64,000 bases of DNA from Macrostomum lignano (lineage: Eukaryota), in contig NIVC01000663.1 in the NCBI GenBank assembly GCA_002269645.1, positions 104,113 through 168,112 on the forward strand. Direction: 5' to 3'. Shown here piece by piece: positions 1-12,323 of the stretch. Each line of letters opens with the position of its first letter. Position 1 is the first letter of the stretch. A program made the position numbers and the translations under genes. The notes beneath the pieces are model-generated. The model saw nothing but the letters and a program-made list of their open reading frames with translations, was not told where the DNA came from and did not search any database.

Positions 1-111
1 TAATCAGCTTGGCCGTCGCCGCAATCGACAACTTCCTGTTTAAATAAATGACAGGAAATGGCAGGGCTATGGTTATCGAAGCCTTTCAGTGGGCTATAGT
101 GGAGTGCGAAG

Positions 112-460
112 TTTGAGGATGTGAAGGTTGGGGATATGAAGGTTTGGGATATGGGTCTTAGGGTGGGAAGTTTGGGATGTGAAGCTTGGGGATATGAAGG
201 TTTGGGATATGGGTCTTAGGGTGGGAAGTTTGGGATGTGAAGCTTGGGGATATGAAGGTTTGGGATATGGGTCTTAGGGTGGGAAGTTTGGGATGTGAAG
301 TTTGGGGATGTGAAGTTTGGGGGTATGAATTTTGGGGATGTGAAGTTTGGGATGTGAATTATGGGAATGTGAAGTTTGGGGATGTGAAGTTTGGGCTGTG
401 AATATAAAGTTTGGGAGATTAATATAAATTTTGTGGATTTGAACTTTGGGGGGTGTAAAG
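112..460. repeat. G-rich minisatellite: three 58-bp units followed by degenerate ~15-bp GTGAAGTTTGGGGAT units
   Basis: GGGATATGAAGG recurs at 131, 189 and 247 (period 58); downstream GTGAAGTTTGGG repeats. Confidence 0.85.
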
Positions 461-1479
461 CTTGGTGATATGAAATTTAAGAGATGTGAAACGCCACCTT
501 TTGACCAATAGTCTCCACTTGGATCCAATGTAGCATTCATATTCTTGCAAGAGATAAAGACAGATTAATGCTTCAGAGCTGCATTCAGTATGCAAATATT
601 TAGCATAGCTAGATAAAATTCCAAGTAAGTGCTCATAATTTACATACCTCAGCATACACGTCTGGCACTTTTGAATCATCTGCTTTGAATATTAGCACCA
701 AGCTGCTGCCATTGCTAGGGTAGGTCATGTAGAGCAAGGTAATCGACCCTGCAAATTATTTTTTATTATAGCCTCTACTGAGAATTATATTGATTTGTAT
801 TTCTAGCTATCCTATTTAAGATAGTAGAAGATTTTAACATATGATTTTGTTACATAAAACTCTGTTTCTCATTTGAAACTATCGCTAATACAAGAGACTT
901 AACATAGTTGTATTGGTACAACTTCTATTAGAATTGTATATGCAAAAAATAATAAGCTTATAAAAATAGAATTTTAATAGATTAGACATGACTTTAAATA
1001 TATTTTTCAGGACAGATATATTATGATTTCAAGTTTAGTTTTTGTTACTATTGAAAATATGAGCAATAAAAATAAATAATCATATATTAATTTTCAAAGC
1101 CTTATACCCTTCTTTGCAGTTCAAATAGTTCCTTTTTATTTTATTTTGAATATAAATGGATCTTTTAATATTCTAGTCAACAAAGCTAAGCCATGCGATT
1201 CTTCATCTGGGTCATATCCTTTATTGAAATTGTTACATTATCAGACTGTTATTGATCAAACATCTATTATGTCAATTGACCAATAAAGTTATTGATATAA
1301 AATAGGGGTTAGCAACCTTTTTCTTACACCCTTAACACCCTTTATCTTATATCTATTAAGTTGGATATATATACAAAGCGGAACATTAATAATTAATAAA
1401 TTTCTGTCTACTTATACAAATCCCTTGTAAACATTATAATGCAACATCTATACTTATGTTTTATATTAGAAAGCAAAGA

Positions 1480-1900
1480 AAGCAAGGTAGAGAGCAAGGT
1501 AGATGCTGCAAAAGCTACAATGAAGGCTATAGCAAAAGCTACAACAGACTACAATAGAGGCTATTACAAAGATTACAGTAGAGGCTATTGCAGAGACTAT
1601 GACAAAGGCTATGGCAGAGACTACAGTGGAGGCTACAGTGAAGGCTATTGCAAACTACACTAGAAGCTATGATGGAGACTACAGTAGAGACTATGATAGA
1701 AACTACAATAAAGGCAACTACAATAGAAACTACAAAACTACAATACAAACTACTATTTCAAAAACTATAGTGGAGGCTATAGTAGAGACTACAATAGAAG
1801 CTACAGTGGTAGTGCAAAGCAAAGCAGAGTCACTAAGTATAGTGGCAAAGGTGACTACTATTGGAATAGCTCTAGCCTAGATGCTTCCAGCTAGTTTGGC
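1480..1900. repeat. Degenerate low-complexity repeat (GACTACAGTAGAG-like)
   Basis: Recurrent ACTACA/GCTACA/TAGAG motifs; accounts for the repetitive short ORFs at 1439-1880. Confidence 0.7.
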
Positions 1901-2767
1901 ACCATTGGTACCATCTAGAGCTACTAGTACCAAGGAATCGGGTAAATTGCCAAGATGTGCCCAACTGGTATAAAATGGTTGAAATGGATAAGTATAACAA
2001 ATGCCTTCATATAACTTTTATATTTTAGTTTTAACAAATTTTTTCCAAGGCAACCTCCCAAACTTACTCTACTACATATAGCTTTAAATGATAAGCAATA
2101 GCCTACTGCAATAGCTTTATGGCAAAGGTTACTGTGATCCTAGAAAGGCTCTACCTTGGCAAACATAGCTCTCTACCTGACCTCACCATTGCCACGGATA
2201 GTCAGCACAATATTGGCCCTGAGCACTAGACTAATATATTCAGATAATTTCATTGCTACCAAATATTGGGACCTTAGTCTTGACCATTAGAGGTTTAATA
2301 CTAAGATTAGCTTCTACTAGGTCCTAGCCCCTTGCATTATTGCAAGGTCCCCAGTAAAAAGGTAGTGGATCAGGTTATTAGCAGAGCCTTTGATTAGAGA
2401 TAGACCCCTATCTAATTCAATACTGTTAAGGTAGCTATCCTTCACTGTAGGTGCAAGCTCAATATTAGTGCCATGGGCATAGCCTAGCCTTTACCAAAAG
2501 AGCTATCATAACATGAGCAAATGATTATCAACTAGCTCCATATAGGAGCCAATATATCAACCATAGTACATATCACCATATAGGTATTAATGTGTCTATC
2601 CTCTGTCCTGACTGGGGCATAGAAAATATTGTTGACTATGTTTTTTTACTATCTCCAAGGTAATGGCTAAAGGGCTATTATAGTTACAATTTTATTTAAA
2701 AGTGCCTTTTTATAAGTCTTCAAGCATTAGGCATATATATAGACCTATTTAATATATCATTTATATG

Positions 2768-3496
2768 CAGTGTTTGGCACCATTAATAAAAATCTTAACT
2801 TCTGTTAATGGCAAAAGCATTAGCATTAAAAAATCTTAACTTTTTAACTCTTCATTTTGTTAAGTTAACTGAAAATTAATTGATAATTGTTAATAAGTGT
2901 TAAACCATTAAAGTTAACACTGAAAATATAGAAATCTTGCACTTTTTTTCCAAAATAGACTTTATAATATATTGCTTTTGCTTTTCCTTCTTTTTAGTAA
3001 AACACAGAGGTCATCTAAGCGATTTACAAGCTAAAAAATAACAGTAAAATTAATAGTAAAACTTGTAAGCATAACACTACCATTGTACTAAAAGTAAGCA
3101 TATAGTAAACTAAGTAACTTATTTATTTGACACTTGAAAGCTAATAAGTTAGTAATAAAATATAAATAAAAAGGTTGTTTCAGTAGCATTAGCAGGTGCA
3201 GTATAAAGTTAAAAAAGATTGGGAAAGAAGTGAATCAAAGTGATAGATACTTAGGCGCAAGCATTCAAGCAATAAAGTTCATAATTATAATTTATTATTA
3301 AAGTTCATTAGTAAGTTGTTACATCTGCATGATCATTGTCATAAACAAAGAGATTAATTAAGCATTTAGTAAATTTGAATACATTTGTAATGTTATAACT
3401 TCTCACTAGACTTGTCTTAACAGCAGTCCATTAATGTTAATAAAAAATCTTAATGCTTATTAATAGATTAACACTTATTAATGGTGCCCAACACTG
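2768..3496. mobile_element. Non-autonomous hAT-like MITE (729 bp)
   Basis: 22-bp TIRs CAGTGTTTGGCACCATTAATAA / TTATTAATGGTGCCCAACACTG (1 mismatch); 8-bp flanks TTTATATG and TTTATAGG (7/8 TSD match). CAG ends with an 8-bp TSD are typical of hAT. Confidence 0.75.
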
Positions 3497-4211
3497 TTTA
3501 TAGGTACATTGATTTTGCATTTTAATCTCTAATAATTATAGGCTAGTTTTGGGTTGCATATAATACAAACATAATAGTTCAAACTAAAAATCATTTTAAA
3601 TTTTAATATAAACTTTTTTCTATTGCCAGTATTGGTCTTACTCTTAGTCAAAGTACATTGTATAAATTCTCATATAGGCCCTACCTAATGGCTATGCTGT
3701 TGTGTAAGCACTTAACAATTAACAGTTGGAATTATTATAAAAAAATTTATATCCATTGGACCATTTGTACATTAGTGGCAAACTTGATACAAAACTTTTC
3801 AAATTAGGCCTTTAGGCTGCTAAACCAAATGCTGACAATCAAGATGCCAAACTCTTGTACAAGTAGGCTGGGCCTAAGGCTAACTCATGTTAAAAACTAT
3901 GCCATAAGGCATAACTCACATATAACAAGCTGAGCTAAACATTGTATCACAATCACAATTATTGTTTTGATCACTGCTTTTATCATACTTTTAATTTGGT
4001 TTTTTATTTAAACTACAGCAACAGTAAGTAATTCAGTCATTTTGTTTTCATAAAATTATCAAGATTTAAACTGCTTTATATACTGTACTTGTATTAGGGC
4101 CTAATGGCCCAGTAGCCTAGTAGCCTATAGTACAGAGCCTAACTCTCAACGCTATACCTATAATTCACATGCTAGAATTTAAAAAATTTCGCTATATGGA
4201 TAATTTGGGTG

Positions 4212-7200
4212 CCCGCTGGGAAAAATGTTGGTGGATGCGCCGGGTTGAGCGGCTCAGTCTGCGCCAGGTTAGCGCCACGACGACCAACCAATCGGAAGCC
4301 GTTAAGAACTCGGCACCAACTTGGCAACGCGGCGCCGACGTGGCATAAAGTGACCCAGAATTTTGCACGCGCACAGAAAGCAGTTCAGCATACTATTCAA
4401 ACTACTGAACGTCAGTAGCAAGTATGAAATTTGTACTACTATAAATTTAGTTGCATAGATTTTTTTCCAAACTAAATGATTTTCCCTTGTATGTGTACAC
4501 AAACACGACTTGATTACGCGCTCAGTTTATAATTTGCATCATGTACATAGGCAGGCGCTATAAATTAGAGATAATTAACGTCTCCTTCCGTCTAAAAAGA
4601 CAAACAATGCAATGCAAGATCACTGTTAATAAAATAGCAGTAGCATTTTCATAATTTTGCGTAATTTTTTGTTATGTAACGGCAAAAGAAATCGTTTTAT
4701 ATTTTTGTGGTGCGCATGTAAATTACGCACATCTTAAAACCTTTTCAAAAAGTATACACGAGCATACATTGATTGCAAAGAGGAGATACATGCGAACTTG
4801 TACTTTCAAGACAATGTGAAAAAATTTTCTGGATCTACAGCTAGTATACTTTCACAATGGATACGCGCTTTGCTTAATCAGCTGAAAACCTTGTGGAGGG
4901 TGGCTCTAGAAACAGTGGCCACTTGTGAAGAGGATTTTTAAAATTCAATAAACATTGACGTAACTATTGCAATATAACTCTACATGTATGAGAATGGCTG
5001 TAAACGCAACATTTACAAAATGTGTGAAACGCAAGAAAAAATCCCTGATTGTGCTCTCAGTTTATCTGGCTTCCCTATTTTTTCTATTGCTTTTTACTTT
5101 CACAGACTTTCACTGACCGCGGTCACCATGTGAACAGCAGTTATGTATATGTAAAGAAGCAAACATGAAGAACAAAAGAAAAAACAGAAAAAAACAAAAC
5201 AAAAAAGCAATTAGTGCGTGGCTGCAAACAGCACTAAATTCGTGATAACTTAACGATAAGAGGCAAAAAGTTGTTAGTAAAAAATCAATTGTCTCACAAT
5301 TCTATCATATTGATAAGTTCTCCATCGATTTGGCTGAAGCACGTCGTGAAGCTGTCGTTTGTTGGCGTTGGGGAAATGTTGCCCATTTGTGTATGCAGCA
5401 GTCGAGGATGTTTGGGCTTTGTCGACTCGCAGTAGTTGGCCTGGGCCATCGAGGATGCTGCAGCAGAAGCTGACGATGCAGCTGCAGCAGAAGCTGACGA
5501 TGCAGCTGCAGCAGAAGCTGACGATGCAGCTGCAGCAGAAGCTGACGATGCAGCTGCAGCAGAAGCTGAGGATGCAGCTGCAGCAGAAGCTGAGGATGTA
5601 GGTATAGCAGAAACTGCCTGCAGCCGTATCGTTCGACTTCTCGCCTTGCGATCGTATCGGAGAACTTTTCTCACCGCCCTGAATCCGTCGGCCAGGGTGA
5701 CCCCATCCAGCTGCTTGATAACGAATGCAGCAATCGCCGTAGCTCTAGGGTCGTATGCCCTGTCAGCGATGACATCCTCGAGGCGCGGACTCCTGCCGGG
5801 GTTTCCACCTGAAGGTTGATTTTAAGTTTATGAAATGCATTTCTTTGTTTGGTTTCTAGGGAAAGGTGGGATGATAATTTTGGCAAGGATGGTTGTAGGA
5901 ATTGCAGTGTGAAATAAAAAATGTGCATGTACGCTCGTAAACTTTTTGTTGAATATATCGTTTGACACTTAACTTTACAAACAGGAAGCAATGACTTAGT
6001 CTGGCGCTCTTCTACTGGGACAAGAGCATCTAAAAGCGATCGCGTCAATGCGTCTAACGCCTTAGCAACCGGCATCCCGACGACTTTTGCAGTTGCCGCG
6101 GTCAGTAGACTGCACTGAATTCTGATCGCCGGGAGATGGTCGCTTAAAGCAATGGTGTTGGCCTCGGTGGTGCATACAGCCTCGTTCACGGCGTCGTTTC
6201 TGTTGCCGTCCAATGGGCTACGTTGCAGGTCAATGGCACCTGATATTGTAGCCTGAGCTGACGAGCCTGATCTGACAGCGTTCCAGATGTCATCGACCTT
6301 GCCCAGGAGATTGTGCCTGCTTATTTCTTCGAGCACGCTGAGCTCCCTGCGCATCTCTCTGTGGCACTCGTCGAGTTCGGTCTGTAGCTGCTTCACCTCC
6401 GCGTCCAACACTTGGCACCTCCTGCACTGTTGTGGCAGAGGCACCTGTCTTGTAGGCTGGCCGGCATTGCTGCTCGTTCTGCAAACCTGATTATATGAAC
6501 GTAGGAGCAATGCATATTATAATTATATAATGCAATTATAATATCCATATATGAATACATGCATTGTAATGTCAACATCATTTAACAGAAGCTTCTCACC
6601 TTGCTTATAGTGCTGGCCACGGAGCTTGCCAACTCAGTTGTCGGAAGCGCCTCGGTAAGCACCATGCACTGGTGCAGTTTGTCTCCAGTAGCTGACTCTC
6701 TTGTCAGTTGGAACTGACCGTCCATGAAACATTATCTGGCGGTAGTATGTGACATTTCATACATTAATATAGTGAATAAATCAAACTTGTGTTTCAATAT
6801 AAAATTGTAGCAAATGAATAGTATACATCTAAAGGAAATAATTGGTTGTACAATGTTTGCATCTGATGAATTTGTTTATTATATTAAATTATATATTTAG
6901 CAAAAAAATTTTTGCAAAAAATAAAGAGGAAGCACAACTTGACAATGAACATATAATCAGACAGACAGAAACATGTTAAACTTCTAAACATGTTAAGCCA
7001 TTACTTTTAGCATTTAAAATACATTAAGAAAAGTATTAAAAATTTCATAAAGCTAATTTGAATTCATCAATAAATACCAACACTTCATTGTAAATATCGA
7101 CATATAGCAAAGAACAAGATTAGGCAAACTAGTATAGCTTTAATTAAAGTGTCCTAATGTGTCTAAAGTATTTGCAATACAATAAGCAATGCAATACATA

Positions 7201-8205
7201 ATTATTGCATATCTAATAGCAACTTCTCAGCAACACTACATAATAGTAAATCCAAATATATAAATACTAATACTAATAATAATAGGCCCCAATTTAATAT
7301 TAGTAGTAAATTAGTACTAATAATACATATATATGTATATATACCACAATTATCATCGATATAGTTTTTCATTTCCATTTCATTTTCACTTTTTAGGTTC
7401 AAATTACTTTTTATCTTTTTGCAACACTGAATTATATTCGAGTATCTAAACATTTGGGGCCTACACTTTAAATCTACTCTGGTTTATATTTTCAAAATTT
7501 AAAAGCATATCAAATACATTAGGTTCACACACATGACATAGAATAAACAGCTCCAATGATCTATCCCAGTAATGAAATTAAATTACTCTGTCTAGAGGTT
7601 ATAAGGAACAATCAGCTTTGCAATTATACTTAAATGCAATGTTATATTTGCATCTTGAGACAAAGCTAACAGACTTAAGATGTATTTTATATGCATAGGG
7701 TCTTTAGGTCAGCTTTGCGAATAAGATAATGATGTGAACAATAAATAATGTATTATATATACATAAAAGTAGACAGTATAGACAAAAATGGTGCTTTTCA
7801 GTTTTCATGAATTGTCAAATTACGTATTTCACAACAAAATTATGTATGGAATTACACTCTTCAAGTAATCAAAGCTTAATTTAAGTTAGCTATAAAATAT
7901 TCATTGATCATTCGGATCGCAAATCGCGCGCGCGCGTTAATCACTTGCACGATTAAGTTTTTTAAAAAATTCACCGATCTCAGTAACTGGATAATTATTT
8001 GATTTTACCTATTGGAAGGTAAAATGTAATAAACATCTTTATTTACTTATAACTGTTACAGAACAATAAATTACTTTCATAAAAGCATACCACTAAAACT
8101 TTGTTTTTTTTACATACGAACAACCCATGGCCCAAGTTGGTGACAAATGCGCCAGGTTACTTGGCTCTTCGACCTGGCGCAGTAAGTCAGTTTTTTCCCA
8201 GCGGG
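4212..8205. mobile_element. CMC/EnSpm-like (CCC-terminated) DNA element, 3994 bp, carrying a BEN-like gene
   Basis: Perfect 14-bp TIRs CCCGCTGGGAAAAA / TTTTTCCCAGCGGG; 2-bp TSD TG (4210-4211, 8206-8207); subterminal TGCGCC(A/G)GGTT repeats at both ends. Superfamily call is inferred from the end sequence and TSD length. Confidence 0.8.
5294..6725 (-). CDS. Coiled-coil plus BEN-like domain protein, 3 exons, 382 aa
   Basis: Exons 6725-6600, 6486-5979, 5808-5294 join in frame through GT-AG sites (phases 0 and 1; 1149 nt). Coiled coil VLDAEVKQLQTELDECHREMRRELSVLEEI. LTRSLLDALVPVEERQTKSLL...AYDPRATAIAAFVIKQLDGVTLADGFRAVRKVLRYDRK resembles the BEN helical consensus. Ser/Ala tail comes from a 24-bp repeat. 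Domain recognised by eye. Confidence 0.7.
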
Positions 8206-10302
8206 TGATTCTCATCGAGAGGTTTCGGAGGTTTTGAGGTTTTTCAGAGGTTTCATTTCGAACAAATATTTTTGCACAAACACTTTAATACTGTAAAAAA
8301 ATTGAAATCTTACTGAAATTTACTAATGAATACAAATTTTCTTTAGAAAATAGCTTGGAGGTTTTGGATTCTTTTTAGTTTTGCTTTTAATAGGCACGCG
8401 CGGAAATTATTTAACTTAGGCAACTATTTTCATGCTTGAAAGTGGTTTTTTAAACACTACGCAACACAACACACTGGTAATGTCATCGTTGCCATTGGCA
8501 TTTACATTCAAGGTGCATAAATAAAATAAAAAATATTCGACTTGAAGGCGCTGCTTGAAATATACTGAAAACATATAGACAGCTGTTTCATCCGTTTCCC
8601 GTTTTTACTTTTGAGTGCTGCTGCTGCTGCATACCATTTTGCATTCGAATTATGTTATGACATTGATGTGATGTTATGTTATGTTAAGACATACTGCCTC
8701 ACAGAAGTAAATAGCAGAATTATTGTTGTCTCAATGTTTTTTTTATAAATATCTAAGGGCCTGGAATTACAAGTATGCATTTTACTTTTAATTACTTAAA
8801 GCCGAACATTTTACTTTTAATCATAAAATTAATTTCAATCACTGAAAGCTATTAGCTTTTCTCTCATAAATAACACTAGTTGCACAACTGTTACTGCTGA
8901 CAAAAGCTCTAACACGTTTGAGTTAGTTCTTATACGAACAAAATGCTTACAGTAAGACTTTGCACATGTATTGCACCACCTTTGTTTGATGCTAAAAATC
9001 TATGTTGAGCAATAAACTAGATAGCTGATACCAATATATTTACTAGAGTTAAAACTAAAAAGTCATTGGACACATTTTTGGCATTGTTTATTTTAAAATA
9101 ATATAATTTCTTCAATATAAATGTATTGGCATCTATAGGATAGGATAGTATAGGAAAATCATTATGTCAAATCATATTGACTTTTAAAATTGATTGTTTA
9201 TAAAAAGTTATAGATGAAAGTAATCAATACCTTTTATTTCAACATGCTTTGTTTCAGCTGCCAATACCATGCCTGAACTACCGCTTGCCTGGTCTCCTGC
9301 CTGCATTCTGAGCCTGTATCCTACATCGTCAAGACCACCGACGTGATCGAGACCTCAATATTGTAGGGTGAGGAACATAGGCGATGCTTCTCCAGTGCGT
9401 GGTTTCCGCTACTGCCAGCAAAGTGCAATCGGGCAGTCGCATTATGTCAGTTGTAGTGAGTTCCATTTGGATCAGTAACACTCGGCTGCTGCTGCTGGAC
9501 AAAAATGATTGGTGTGAGTTCCCTTGGCACAATTCCCACAGGGCAATCAGGTGGGCTGCAAATTCCTCTCCAAGATTGGCACCAGCATGTCTGACATTGC
9601 CTTTCATGGCCTCCAATTGAGACTATCGAAACAGTTGATTTTTTATGCTGGAAGCCCAAAAATGCGACAATGGGACTCGAGTGATGCAATGATGAGCAAG
9701 AACGCTGAAGTCGAGCCGTGCCAAAAGCATATCGCGCCAACTGCGCTGCGACTTCTAGAAGCATATCATCATGAGCAATGGTATTTTAGTAGGCCATTGC
9801 TTTGTACAAATTTCCATAGTTTGATGGGTTCATGAAAGATGGCATGATTGAGAAATACAATGTTAGTCTTATTTTAGACTAAGATATTAGATTTTAGACT
9901 TTAGACTAGAAGATTTTAGACTAATGATATTATTTTAGTATATGGGTCTAGTGTAAGTACTTAACATCATAAGAAAATCTAAAGATTTAGAGCCTTCTCC
10001 CCAACATGGTTGGCACCATGCATTTCATTGGCATGATAACTACTGTGGATGATAAGAGAGTATATTTGTTTAATATTAAAACAATTTACTTATAAAGTAA
10101 ATTAAAAATTGAATAAAAATGTGATGACTAGGCATACATAAGTACAAGCTACTATTTACTTTGAATATTTGCATAAAAAGACAAAAACTAAAGCAAGTTA
10201 CTAATGTAAAAGAGTAATAGAAATTGGCTGGTAGCGATGCTCGTTTAAAAAATAATAGAGAAATGAAGGCCAACACCAACATATAACAAATTATTATAAT
10301 AG

Positions 10303-10337
10303 CCAACGCGTTTCGACACAAGCAGTCATCTTCAGGG
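10303..10337 (-). ncRNA. Minimal hammerhead-ribozyme-like motif (Penelope-type), probably degenerate
   Basis: Minus strand reads CC-CTGAAGA-T-GAC-TGCTTGT-GTC-GAAA-CGCG-TT-GG: CUGANGA and GAAA core boxes, a GAC/GTC stem II and a palindromic ACGCGT helix III. Confidence 0.55.
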
Positions 10338-12323
10338 AATAGAAATTGTACTCGACTATATCAGCTTAAATTATGACTGAATATAAAGCTATTAACAAAT
10401 TATAGGCCTATTTAAAATTAAAAGTATAAAAATTTCAGATCATTAGAGCTTTCAATTTTATAGGTAGAGGTAAAGCAGTAAAATAAAAAATTGCCATTTT
10501 TAAAGCTTTGTGAAGAGAATTATTCACTAGTATTAGAGGCTTGGCTTAGGTAATAAATTTTTATCTTATGTGCATTGTGTGTTAGGATTTAGGATGATGA
10601 TGTAAAAATAGTAAATAATAGAAAATAGAAAAATAAAAGTTTTAGTATAATGGATGTAAAATAAAAAAAGAATATCAAATAAATGAAAAAATAATTATAT
10701 TTTACATTATAGATGCCTAGTAAAATACTTAGGGCCTTTAGTTAGTTAGACTAACAATCTATATTAAATAGCGACTGATACTGACTTGATGAAAAAAATG
10801 CTGACTTTGTCTTGTTAGTCCTAATTTAGTTAGTCTGGCTTAAAAATTGATAGCTTTTTTGACCAAGTCAAAAACAATCTGAAATTCGTATTGGTAAATA
10901 GTGTCTGTTTTTAATTACATGGACAGGTCAAGTAGAAATTAGGATAGTTACGAATATGCATTGAAATATAACAACACACACTTGTGACTATTCGCAACTT
11001 TGCGCTTGTGAAATGAAAAGGAAGCAATGAAAATGGCATGGCATAAAATGTGTCAGAAGGACCCTACCACTTCGCATAAAAACAGTTAAATAATTTCCGC
11101 GCGTGCCTATCAGAAGCAAAATTAAAAATAATCCAAAACCTCCGAGCTATTTTCTAAAGAAAATTTGTATTCATTAGTAAATTTCAGTAAGATTTCAATT
11201 TTTGTACGGTATTAAAAATTTTGTGCAAAAATATTTGTTCAAAATGAAACCTCTGAAAAACCTCAAAACCTCCGAAACCTCTCGATGAGAATCACCCGGA
11301 TAATTTCAAGTTCCTGTCAATAAAATCTTAAAAAAAGTTGAAAGCGAATCTATGAGAACCAAAAGTAGCTGTAAGGTATTTTTAAAAAACAATTCGTGTC
11401 TAAAAACGCAATATTTAGACAGTAGATAGGTGCTAAGAGTTTCAGCTTGTTATAATAAGTAATTCAATACTGTTATTACCGCAAAGAGCTTGACTCGTCT
11501 AATTCAGAACTGTTTTTCGCTACCCTTTCCTGGCATCCAGGATCAGATTATGAGATTCAGAAAACCTGAAAGCTTGATTGCGAATGCGCACACAGTCTCT
11601 CGTTTGTTTTAAACTGCATGTTACCTTTAAAATTGTTGCTTTAGTTTTATGTTCTTAGATTCAGTAAGAATTAAAACAATACAGGCCGCCTACTTGTCTC
11701 ATCTTTGATTTTTAAACGTTCAAAAGCAGTGCAGCGAATGCAGTATTTAGCTTGTAGTGCAATCGTAAATAGCCATCGATTTTAAGTTTTGATTTATTTC
11801 AATAAATTCATAAAGCACGAATTCTAACGCAAGCGGTGACGAAGCTAAAATGTGAAATATTAGGAGCTGAAAATGGTAGTATATTGCACTGAATTACAGC
11901 AGTCTTACAGCTCCCGAATTTAAATAACTGATGAATAGCTATGATACGAGAAATATCGTGGGGTTCAATTACATGAAACAGCATCTGTCTAATACATACA
12001 TGTGCGCAGAGTCATTTGTAAAAGTTAAGCATTAAATAATTAAGAGGTTTGCGATATCCAAGTACCCAAGATACATATATCTGCTAGCAACAGCATGCTA
12101 TGTGACAATGTTATTTGACAAAAATGAGACAGTAAGTACTATTATATTATCAGAGCTTATATTTTAAATCATACATTTTATATGCATATTGTATTAAACA
12201 ATAATAGGATAACAGTTTCCTCAATGGTATGTATGCAACATAGTAAGAAGGATAATCTCATGGAATCGATTGGAATGAGAATCGGGAATTTTCTTCGCAA
12301 AGATGGCCAGGTTGCCTCAGCTG

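Larger units (their letters stand above)
4207..11297. mobile_element. Mutator/MULE-like non-autonomous DNA transposon, interrupted by a nested element
   Basis: Perfect 9-bp TSD GGATAATTT at 4198-4206 and 11298-11306. Left TIR is 4207-4211 plus 8208-8416, right TIR is 11084-11297: 214 bp each, about 11 mismatches, starting GGGTGATTCTCATCGAGAGG. No intact transposase seen. Confidence 0.85.
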
